Positions 10,148-18,594 of a DNA stretch of 64,000 bases are shown here, one piece after another; position 1 is the first letter of the stretch, and each line of letters opens with the position of its first letter. A program made the position numbers and the translations under genes. Source of the DNA: Bacteroidia bacterium (GTDB lineage: Bacteria; Bacteroidota; Bacteroidia; M30B66); assembly GCA_965279035.1 (NCBI GenBank), contig OZ257142.1:3136001-3200000 (forward strand). Reading direction: 5' to 3'. The notes under the pieces were generated by a model that was not told the origin of the DNA, made no database searches, and saw only the letters and a program-made list of their open reading frames with translations.

Positions 10148-11482
10148 ATGAAAAATCAATGTGTTATTGGCAGTTTTCTGCTCGCTATCTTTTTTGCCAT
10201 GGGATGCGATTCTCGGCAACAAATAAATCAACAATATCATGCAGTTCAACGACCGTTAAAGCACGTCGAAACACCCTTAAATGTGCTTCAAGTTGATCCT
10301 TCGAAAGGAGGCGAATTTCATTTCAAAACAGGTACGGTAATTCAAATTCCTGAGCATGCCTTTGTAGATAAATCAGGAAAAATAATTGAGGAACCAGTAA
10401 TGATTGAATTGGAAGAATTTCATTCAGCATCCGATATTTTTCTTAGCGGAATCACCATGCACTATGAACAAAATGGTGTAGATGAATCCTTCGAAAGTGC
10501 AGGTATGTTTCGCATTGATGGAAGTTGCAATGGTGAACAAATAGAAGTTGCCAAGGGTAAAACATTGAATGTACAATTAGCTTCTTCAAACAAAGATTCG
10601 AATTATGATTTCTTTCAACTCAATGAAAAAACTGCGAAATGGGAACGATTAAGTGCTACTTCAGCAAGTGTAAATCAAAGTCGTCAAACCTTAGCAGATT
10701 CAATTCAAAAAATAGCAAAATCGGATAACTTAAACAACATGCCCAATCTTCCCGAAAAAGGCGCACTTGTTCTCGATATTGATGTAGATTATCGTAAATA
10801 TCCTCAATTACGCGATTTTTATGGTTTAGCATGGCAAGTTGAATCATCCGAAAATGCCAAAGAATTATCAGATGTTCAATGGGATTACACCAATTTAATT
10901 AGCACTGGAACTGGTATAAATGATTTTAAACTTCGATTAAGTAATGCAGGCCAAATAAAAGAAGTAAAAGTACAACCTGTAATTAGTCGTGAAGAACGCG
11001 CTCGCCTTGAAAAACGCTATGAATTAGCACGAATTGAAGTAGAAAAAGCAAGAGCAATAGCATTACAAAATGCGACTACTCAAATGGATGCTATGTTTGA
11101 ATTTCAACGCAATTTATCGGTGAATGGATTCGGGATTTATAATTGTGATCGAGTTATTCAATACGAACAGCCTGTAGCATTAGAACCGAATTATATATTG
11201 AATGGAATTCCAATAAAAAATTACTCTGCTCTTTATTTAATTAGCAATGATAATTCAGCCGTTGCTCAATATTTAAATACAATTAAATTTGATTTGGGAC
11301 GTGAAAATAAATTAGTATTTGTTCTTAATGATGGCAAATTGGGCTATGTCTCGAACGATCAATTGGTAGCTTCCGCTCGAAAATCAGAAGCAGAGAAAAA
11401 GGATTTGAACATAGAAATTAAAGTTTCAAAATCATCTATTAAAACACCTCAAGATTTACAAGCATTTTTAAATCGAATTTGA
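10148..11482 (+). CDS. Hypothetical lipoprotein (Bacteroidota-type, FESAGMF / FGIYNCDR motifs)
   Basis: 444 aa ORF, lipobox-like FAMGC, central coiled-coil-like segment. Confidence 0.75.
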   Translation: MKNQCVIGSFLLAIFFAMGCDSRQQINQQYHAVQRPLKHVETPLNVLQVDPSKGGEFHFKTGTVIQIPEHAFVDKSGKIIEEPVMIELEEFHSASDIFLSGITMHYEQNGVDESFESAGMFRIDGSCNGEQIEVAKGKTLNVQLASSNKDSNYDFFQLNEKTAKWERLSATSASVNQSRQTLADSIQKIAKSDNLNNMPNLPEKGALVLDIDVDYRKYPQLRDFYGLAWQVESSENAKELSDVQWDYTNLISTGTGINDFKLRLSNAGQIKEVKVQPVISREERARLEKRYELARIEVEKARAIALQNATTQMDAMFEFQRNLSVNGFGIYNCDRVIQYEQPVALEPNYILNGIPIKNYSALYLISNDNSAVAQYLNTIKFDLGRENKLVFVLNDGKLGYVSNDQLVASARKSEAEKKDLNIEIKVSKSSIKTPQDLQAFLNRI

Positions 11483-11485
11483 GCG

Positions 11486-14400
11486 ATGGTAAGAAGTTTA
11501 GCTCAGCTAATAAGTCGATTTAGCATTGGCTTATTTTGCTGCGTAACCTCTTTATTTGCTCAATCGGTCGACACCTTACTACCGGTAAATGAGCAAGGTA
11601 AATGGGGCTTCGTTAATACTAAAGGAATAATCGTATTTCCTTGTCAATACGAATCGGTACTTTATTGGGGAACTGCTCGCTATGGAAAAGTAAAAAAAGA
11701 GGGCACTTGGAATCTCATCACCCGACAGGGAAATTTGTTGCCTTTACCATTTAAAGGAATTCCCGAATTATTCAATGATAGTATTCTCATTATTCGTTCT
11801 GAGGAAGGGCAATTTTTAGTAAGCGAAAGCGGAAGGAAAATTCTTCCGAAAAGTTATCAGCATATTGGCAAGCTTTCGAATGGGTATTTCAGCTATTATG
11901 AAGGCGATAGCTGTGGACTCGGGCACATCAATCAAGGCATAATTACACCAATTTTATATGAGCTAATAAAGGCACATGGAAATCACGGTTTTGAGGTAAT
12001 AAGCTGCAAAAAAAGTGGCTGGATAAATGCAAAAGGAGAGCTTCTTCTTGAGCCAATATATGAATCAATCTATTATAGGAATGATGGCTTACTATTCCCA
12101 CGATTGGGTGAAGCTTTTAAATTAGGTATATATGATTCTCAAAAACAGAATTGGATTATTACATGCAATTGGGATGAAATAAGTGATTCGAATTCTCAAT
12201 TTTTAAGTTTAGCAGATGAGCGTGGATTGTACTTGTATAATCTTAAAATCAAAGAATTCTATCCGCAATTATTTAATCAGATTGAGTTAAATAATGATGT
12301 AGCAAAAGTGGAAAATGATAGTGGCCAGGGAATTATTTCGAATGAAAATAAACTGGTATTACCGATTGAGTTCTCGAGTATTCAGAAGGAACACGGTGCT
12401 TATATTACTCAAAAAGACAGTGTATGGAGTTTATTTAATTTAGAAGGAAAATCACTTTCATCTGAAGTTTTTGCAAGCATTCAATCGCTTAGCACTCCGG
12501 CTTGGGTAGCAGAACGAGAGAACGATTGGATTTTATTAGATTCATTAGGAAATAGTTTACTAAGTAATATGCATGATCCCGAAGTATTGGGAAATAAAGT
12601 AAAGTATTACGATGGTACGAATATGACTTCTTTTCAGGTGAACGAAAAAGGAAAAATCATCTCCAAACAAAGCTTCGAAAATGTGATGAAATTGAACGTT
12701 ACAGGCTATAGTGAAGAACGGTCAAAGCCCACTTTGGAGAGTAAATCAAAAAATGAAAATGAACCGATTTCACGTTGGTTTAAAGATGAAAAAACAAAGA
12801 AATGGGGCTTAAAATTTCCAGATGGAAAAATTGCAATCCCTGCAAAATACGATTACATAGTAAATAATCAAACCTATCCCTACACGCATGTTTATGTTAA
12901 AATATATGAACGAGAAACAAATTTATATGGGGCAACATTCAACATACGAGCACGTGCTGGATTAGTTGATCCTCAATCTGGGAAAGTGCTCATTGAGCCG
13001 CGTTACGTTGATGTTTTTCTTAGTGGTCCTATAAAAACACCTCTGTTTTTTGGAATTACCGAACAGTTTTTTTATCAATTAATTATCCCGGGAAATAACG
13101 ATAAAATGCCTGTATTTGCTTGGGTTGATAATTCCATTCAATCGCCTGTTCGATGTTTAGGAGGTAATGGAATTGATCGAATAAGTAAACGTTCAAAAGA
13201 CAATATCTGTTCAGTAAATTCCTGGACTTCAAGAATAGTTAACCCCCAGTTCAATTACGAACATTCAAAAAGCAAACGTTCAATTTCCCGTCAATACATG
13301 ACCTCCAGTCTAAAAAAATGGGTGTATGTATTTCCGGGAGAAATTAATCCTCTCGGGTATTTTTCAGAAGCCGAATCATTTGAATATCCTTTATCAATTG
13401 TCCAAGATTATACTACTAAAAAATACGGATTATTAAAGCAAAATGGAACATACGCTGTTGTTCGTAAATTTGAATTTATACGAAGAAAAATAGTCAATGG
13501 AACTGAGATCTATTTCTTGATGAAAGAAGATAGTACACAAAGTTTAGTGAATATGGATCAAGAAATTATCCCAATAGAAAACAACACTTCGATTGTGAAT
13601 TACGATGGCCAAGTTGCATATGTGAAGCAAGCATTTTCTGTTGGTTTTTTGATGGATTTAAACAAACCTGTATTATTTAAACATGCAGAAAAAACAGGGA
13701 AACTAAAACAAGGAATTATTGCCGTTTGCTCCAGTTCGAAATGGCAATATTATTTCGAAAACGGGGAAAAACTAAATGATGAATCCTATACAAAAGCATT
13801 TGATTTTTATGAGGGAAAGGCTGCTGTGAAGGATCATGGAAAATGGAAATTTATATATTTAAATGGTGAATTAAGTGAGGCGCTTCCCTGGAAAAATATG
13901 AAGCCATTAGTAGATGGAAAATTCTTAGCCCACAATGGGAAGAATTGGTTTATCACCGATACTGATGGAAAAGCCATGCATGTAGCAGGTTTCAGCAAAG
14001 TGAGTTTAATGAAAAATTCTCCGAATATCGCAGTGAGTAATGGAACGAAATGGGGATTAATTTCTCCCGATGGGGAAATGTTGATTGCTATTCAATACAA
14101 TCGAATTCAAGCCTTAGGGGATGATTTATATGCATTAAGTAAGGGCAATCGTTTATTTCTTAAACATGAAAATACGAAAGAAAAAAGAGTTCGACGAACA
14201 AGTGGAATTGGTAAAACTGCAGAAGGTAGATTCGCTTTGAGAAAGAAAGATGGTTGGGTATTGGCTGATACAAGTTTAGCTGTATTGAGTGATGAGAAAT
14301 TTAATGCTATTCGACAGTTAAATCAAGGATATACTGTGGCACAAAAAGGGAATTCATCCTGTTTGATCGACTCTGTTGGTACCATTGCATTTTATGCACA

Positions 14401-14845
14401 GGGGCGCTTGATTGGAGCCTTTTCAGATGGGTTTATACTTAATTACAATAGCAGTTGTAATGGCTATAGTTTTCTAAACAAAAGAGGTGAGAATATTTTT
14501 GAAGTTACTTATAGTGATGCTATGCCTTTTGATCAAGGGAAAGCGTGGGTAAAAGAAGAAAATGGTTGGGGTTGTATTGATAATACAGGAGAATGGATAA
14601 TTCAACCACGTTTTTATGCAATTCGAAAACTCGATCACCATGCATTCCTTGCTAATTCATCCTACCGTTCTGGGGTATGCGATGCAAATGGAAACATACT
14701 ACTTGAACCCATTTACGACACGGTTGAAATCAAAGAAAACTGCATGCTGTCAGGTTCAATAGGCTCACGTATGATCTGGAAATACACAAGTGGCATAGGC
14801 ATCTATGATAGACTTCTGAATTTACACCTTGCAAAAACTCCTTGA
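11486..14845 (+). CDS. WG (KWG)-repeat beta-rich exported protein
   Basis: Signal peptide; repeated GKWGFVN / KKWGL / TKWGLIS / NGWGCID units with I-P-x-Y motifs. Confidence 0.85.
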   Translation: MVRSLAQLISRFSIGLFCCVTSLFAQSVDTLLPVNEQGKWGFVNTKGIIVFPCQYESVLYWGTARYGKVKKEGTWNLITRQGNLLPLPFKGIPELFNDSILIIRSEEGQFLVSESGRKILPKSYQHIGKLSNGYFSYYEGDSCGLGHINQGIITPILYELIKAHGNHGFEVISCKKSGWINAKGELLLEPIYESIYYRNDGLLFPRLGEAFKLGIYDSQKQNWIITCNWDEISDSNSQFLSLADERGLYLYNLKIKEFYPQLFNQIELNNDVAKVENDSGQGIISNENKLVLPIEFSSIQKEHGAYITQKDSVWSLFNLEGKSLSSEVFASIQSLSTPAWVAERENDWILLDSLGNSLLSNMHDPEVLGNKVKYYDGTNMTSFQVNEKGKIISKQSFENVMKLNVTGYSEERSKPTLESKSKNENEPISRWFKDEKTKKWGLKFPDGKIAIPAKYDYIVNNQTYPYTHVYVKIYERETNLYGATFNIRARAGLVDPQSGKVLIEPRYVDVFLSGPIKTPLFFGITEQFFYQLIIPGNNDKMPVFAWVDNSIQSPVRCLGGNGIDRISKRSKDNICSVNSWTSRIVNPQFNYEHSKSKRSISRQYMTSSLKKWVYVFPGEINPLGYFSEAESFEYPLSIVQDYTTKKYGLLKQNGTYAVVRKFEFIRRKIVNGTEIYFLMKEDSTQSLVNMDQEIIPIENNTSIVNYDGQVAYVKQAFSVGFLMDLNKPVLFKHAEKTGKLKQGIIAVCSSSKWQYYFENGEKLNDESYTKAFDFYEGKAAVKDHGKWKFIYLNGELSEALPWKNMKPLVDGKFLAHNGKNWFITDTDGKAMHVAGFSKVSLMKNSPNIAVSNGTKWGLISPDGEMLIAIQYNRIQALGDDLYALSKGNRLFLKHENTKEKRVRRTSGIGKTAEGRFALRKKDGWVLADTSLAVLSDEKFNAIRQLNQGYTVAQKGNSSCLIDSVGTIAFYAQGRLIGAFSDGFILNYNSSCNGYSFLNKRGENIFEVTYSDAMPFDQGKAWVKEENGWGCIDNTGEWIIQPRFYAIRKLDHHAFLANSSYRSGVCDANGNILLEPIYDTVEIKENCMLSGSIGSRMIWKYTSGIGIYDRLLNLHLAKTP

Positions 14846-14890
14846 TGCTTGTTTCCATTTGAATTATTCCTACTTTTGCCCCCCGCAAAA

Positions 14891-14964
14891 GGCTCCGTAG
14901 TTCAATTGGATAGAATGACAGATTCCGGTTCTGTTGGTTGGGGGTTCGAATCCCTCCGGGGTCA
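14891..14964 (+). tRNA. tRNA-Arg (anticodon CCG)
   Basis: Cloverleaf: acceptor GGCTCCG/CGGGGTC, D arm GTTC/GAAT, anticodon stem ACAGA/TCTGT with loop TTCCGGT, T loop TTCGAAT; TACTTTTG promoter at 14871-14878; CCA not encoded. Confidence 0.96.
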
Positions 14965-14970
14965 CGAATA

Positions 14971-15004
14971 AAAACTACTGTTTGAATTTCAGACAGTGGT
15001 TTTT
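14971..15004 (+). terminator. Terminator after tRNA
   Basis: AAAACTACTGTTTGA / TCAGACAGTGGTTTT stem with G.U pairs, T-rich tail. Confidence 0.7.
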
Positions 15005-15119
15005 AATTTTTTGATCCATTTATTTATACTAATTTTCATTTTGTATTTATACCAATAAAATAAATTGCTATTTCAAATTCTATCGATTAAATAATTAGAA
15101 AGAAATTAATAGTTAAGCA

Positions 15120-15884
15120 ATGAAGAATTATACATACTTCAATTTGTTAAGATATTTTGCAATTAGTTTTATTATTATATACCTAAGTTCTTGTTCCATG
15201 TTTCAACCACCTAGCCTCCGCTCCTATAATTTCAAAGAACGAGGGGATGTATGCATTGCCGCTACAATAGGAAGTAATTATGAATTCCAAGCAGCCTACA
15301 GCCCAATGAAACATGTTTATCTTAAATCTGGATTTCGACATGCGAAAAGAAATGATTTTGGAATAATTTCTAACAATCATAAATATAATAGCCATCAATT
15401 GGGTGCAGGGTATTATAAAACATTTAAGTCAAATTCATATATACAATTTGGGACTGAATTTTTTGATGGGGCAGGGAAAATTGAAAATCAAGTTGGAAAT
15501 AGTACTCCTGAATATACTTACTCAACATTTTACACAAAAGGCTTCGCAATTAGTGGACTTTATTCATATTATTCAGAACTTCATAAAGCTGGATTTATTT
15601 TCGGAATTCGAAAAGGGAAAACATGGAATGCTGAAACATTAATTGATGATCATTTCACATTGAATAAATATAAAATAGGGATTCTTGAGCATAAAATATT
15701 TACGTATTCTGAATATTGCTTTTCAACATTTCGTCGCTATAAAGATTTCAGCATTCTAGCTTTCAATATTGATATAGGTTTACATGATCTTAAAACCGAT
15801 TTAAAAAAAGGTACGGGAACTATTCGATTTTCCTTATCCTACCAAATTCCCTTTAATATTCGAAAGAAACACAAAGTGAATTAA
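15120..15884 (+). CDS. Hypothetical lipoprotein, paralog A
   Basis: Lipobox LSSC; aligns end to end with the next ORF. Confidence 0.75.
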   Translation: MKNYTYFNLLRYFAISFIIIYLSSCSMFQPPSLRSYNFKERGDVCIAATIGSNYEFQAAYSPMKHVYLKSGFRHAKRNDFGIISNNHKYNSHQLGAGYYKTFKSNSYIQFGTEFFDGAGKIENQVGNSTPEYTYSTFYTKGFAISGLYSYYSELHKAGFIFGIRKGKTWNAETLIDDHFTLNKYKIGILEHKIFTYSEYCFSTFRRYKDFSILAFNIDIGLHDLKTDLKKGTGTIRFSLSYQIPFNIRKKHKVN

Positions 15885-15911
15885 CTATTTTTTTATTATA
15901 AATTTCGAATA

Positions 15912-16664
15912 ATGAATAATCGTATACCTACATTCAAGTATTCCTTTTCATGGATAATAGGTGTTTGTGTTATTTTAAGTTCTTGTTCTATCCTACAACC
16001 ACCCAGCATTCGCTCCTATAATTTCAAAGATCGCGGTGATGTTTGTATTGCCGCAACAGTCGGTGTTAATTATGAGTTGCAAGCTGCTTTTAGCCTTATC
16101 AAACATGTTTATCTTCAATCTGGATTTCGACATGCGAATACCCATAATTTGGGAATTTATTCAGATCTACATCATTATAATAGCAAACAAATTGGTTTGG
16201 GATATTATAGCACAATAAAAACCCATTCCTATATTCAATTCGGCGCTGAATTTTTTGATGGAAAAGGCAAAATTGAAGAACTCTTTGGTAATGTTTCACC
16301 AGAATATAATAGTTCATCCGTTTACTTTAGTGGCTTTGCTATTTATGGATTATATTCATATTATTCAGATTTACTGAATTTAGGATTTATGTTTGGAACA
16401 CGTGTTGGTAAAATAAAGAATTCGTTAACTCTTACCGAAAGCATATACGATTCATACAAGAAAAAAATAGGAATTCTTGAGCATCGTTATAATGATTATT
16501 ATGAGAATTATTGCTCAATATTTCATCGATTTAAGAATCAAAGTACGATCTCTTTTAATTTAGACATAGGTTATCACTACCTCAGACGCTCAGTTGGCTC
16601 TATGCGTATTTCAGTATCCTATCAAATTCCATTTAATCTTAGAAAAAAACATCAAATAAATTAA
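15912..16664 (+). CDS. Hypothetical lipoprotein, paralog B
   Basis: Lipobox LSSC; shares QPPS.RSYNFK.RGDVCIAAT, KHVYL.SGFRHA and SYQIPFN with the previous ORF. Confidence 0.75.
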   Translation: MNNRIPTFKYSFSWIIGVCVILSSCSILQPPSIRSYNFKDRGDVCIAATVGVNYELQAAFSLIKHVYLQSGFRHANTHNLGIYSDLHHYNSKQIGLGYYSTIKTHSYIQFGAEFFDGKGKIEELFGNVSPEYNSSSVYFSGFAIYGLYSYYSDLLNLGFMFGTRVGKIKNSLTLTESIYDSYKKKIGILEHRYNDYYENYCSIFHRFKNQSTISFNLDIGYHYLRRSVGSMRISVSYQIPFNLRKKHQIN

Positions 16665-16828
16665 ACACATGGTTAAAATCTCGATTTATGAACTATCTAT
16701 TGAGAAAAATTAAGTTTAACTAAACCTGTTGTGCTGTTGAATTATCAATTTATTTTTTTTATATCAATCAATGAAATAAGACTGTTAATGCTTCTTGTCA
16801 CTATATCATTCATGTTTGTCTACGACGT

Positions 16829-17021
16829 ATTACTTTCTTGTCTTGACACAAGAAAGTAATCAACGGCGAAACCCTCATGAGTTCCTATGAAAAATAAACA
16901 CTTACGAATAAAGAAGGTCAAGTCTGGACGATGCTGCTTACGCTCAAGGCCTTTTTTCGACCATTTTGCTCGGATAAGCTTTTTTCTCATCTATGTCGAA
17001 ACACACCCTCGCCGCCCAGAC
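16829..17021. repeat. Structured intergenic element (hairpin + pseudoknot + nested stems); REP/MITE-like or ncRNA
   Basis: Perfect 13-bp inverted repeat 16829-16841/16848-16860; loop CTTGAC complementary to GTCAAG 16917-16922; GTCTGG/CCAGAC and TTTCGAC/GTCGAAA stems. Confidence 0.6.
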
Positions 17022-17173
17022 ATAGTCACCACACTGATCCGTTTCTAAACCTAATTTTAATTTTAAGTAATTTAATTTAAAGGCATTACATAAGTATTGA
17101 TTATTGGGGTAAGCGATAAATAGTGTTGAAGAATAATTCTAATTTTTAACCGCACAACGTGTTTAACTAATTA

Positions 17174-17226
17174 AATTCGTAATTCGTAATCCGTAATTCG
17201 TAACCCGTAATTCGTAATTCGTAATT
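17174..17226. repeat. Heptamer tandem repeat (AATTCGT)x7
   Basis: aattcgt aattcgt aatccgt aattcgt aacccgt aattcgt aattcgt aatt read directly. Confidence 0.95.
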
Positions 17227-17239
17227 AATTAAATTTTTC

Positions 17240-17890
17240 TCACTCAAAAACCCACATCAACACCGACTTATCCGCTTCCTTCAAAATCACATCTATCCGC
17301 TTCATAAAGCCATTACTCACCGCAGGACAACCCCAACCTTCTGGCGTTCCACTCGGATAAATAGATTGCTCCGAAACCGCTTCCCAAGAATGTAAAACAA
17401 TCTCACGTTTTACCGCTGCCGAATTTGTTTTTTCCAAACCGTGAAGCAGATAATTCACATGAATTCCCCACTGACTATATCCTCGTTTTCCTATACGATA
17501 TTTACCCGCACTTGAAGCATGACTATCCGGTTGATTACTAAATACAGGCTTATCCGCTGTATAGGTCGATCCCCATGAGTTCGAACCACAACCATGACTC
17601 ACCAATCCGGAATCGATAGCTAGTTTCTTTTCAAAATTCCAAACATAAAATCGATGCTTTCCCGAATGCTTCCCATAATCCAATAAAAACGCATATTGAG
17701 TATTGAGTTTATTCTGTTGACAATAAGTCAAGGCTACATCTGCTTTTTGTTTCAATATCGCAACACGTGAATCTTTATTCGCTGATTTCTCAGGACTTCT
17801 CTTGTTGAAATGTGAATTCTTACTTCCCCAATTCGTGAAAAAGAAAACACCCAAACCAACTAATAAAACGAGGAAAACAATGCGCTTCAT
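17240..17890 (-). CDS. Murein L,D-transpeptidase catalytic domain protein (YkuD_2-like)
   Basis: VSHGCG, FSNQPDSHASSAG, IVLH...GWGCPAV catalytic His/Cys; N-terminal TM. Confidence 0.88.
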   Translation of the reverse strand: MKRIVFLVLLVGLGVFFFTNWGSKNSHFNKRSPEKSANKDSRVAILKQKADVALTYCQQNKLNTQYAFLLDYGKHSGKHRFYVWNFEKKLAIDSGLVSHGCGSNSWGSTYTADKPVFSNQPDSHASSAGKYRIGKRGYSQWGIHVNYLLHGLEKTNSAAVKREIVLHSWEAVSEQSIYPSGTPEGWGCPAVSNGFMKRIDVILKEADKSVLMWVFE

Positions 17891-17953
17891 ATAAATTAAG
17901 AAAACAATAAACGCGAAGATTTCAACCTTGATATATCAAAAAATAAACTTATT

Positions 17954-18592
17954 CTAAACTAGATACATCATAGGATCCAAACAATTTTCTGAATAAAAAT
18001 CCAAGTCTTCCAAACTACACACACCCGGATAATCACCTTTCATTTCGTTTAAATCACGTATCAATTGAAAATGCAAATGTGGAGGCCAATTCCCATTTTC
18101 TTCCCATTTTCCTAGCTCAGCTAAGGAAGATCCACGACGAATGGAATCACCTACTTTCCAACGTTCTAAACTCGCATGTGAAAGATGTCCATATAAACTA
18201 TACAAAGGCTTTCCTTCACGTTCGTGTTCTATTATGATAGTTGCACCATAATCTCCATAGGCCGAATTAATCGCCATGCTATGAATAAAGCCATCTAAAG
18301 GCGCAAAAATGGGCGTGCCCGCAGAAGTCCAAATATCAACTCCCAAGTGAATACAGCGCGTATTTTGGCCATTTTCATAATGAGCACTTCGACGATACAC
18401 AATACGATTCTCTAAATATCCACCAATGCCACAGCCTCCGTTTTGAAAAGCGATTTCATGTTGAATAAATGCTTCAAATTCGGATTGATTATCTAAATTA
18501 ATTCCTTGAATACGTTCATTGTTAGCCGATAAATCCAATACCACTGGATTCATTTCACCAAGCGATTTCTCAAATAAAGATCGTATGTGCAT
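17954..18592 (-). CDS. M23-family metallopeptidase
   Basis: HLGVD, YGHL, PPHLHFQ zinc motifs; no signal peptide. Confidence 0.9.
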   Translation of the reverse strand: MHIRSLFEKSLGEMNPVVLDLSANNERIQGINLDNQSEFEAFIQHEIAFQNGGCGIGGYLENRIVYRRSAHYENGQNTRCIHLGVDIWTSAGTPIFAPLDGFIHSMAINSAYGDYGATIIIEHEREGKPLYSLYGHLSHASLERWKVGDSIRRGSSLAELGKWEENGNWPPHLHFQLIRDLNEMKGDYPGVCSLEDLDFYSENCLDPMMYLV

Positions 18593-18594
18593 TT

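Noticed and set aside
15120-16664. Diversity-generating retroelement TR/VR pair
   Set aside because: Differences between the copies affect all four bases over whole genes, and no reverse transcriptase is present; ordinary duplication explains it
17174-17226. CRISPR array
   Set aside because: Contiguous 7-mers without spacers; no cas genes
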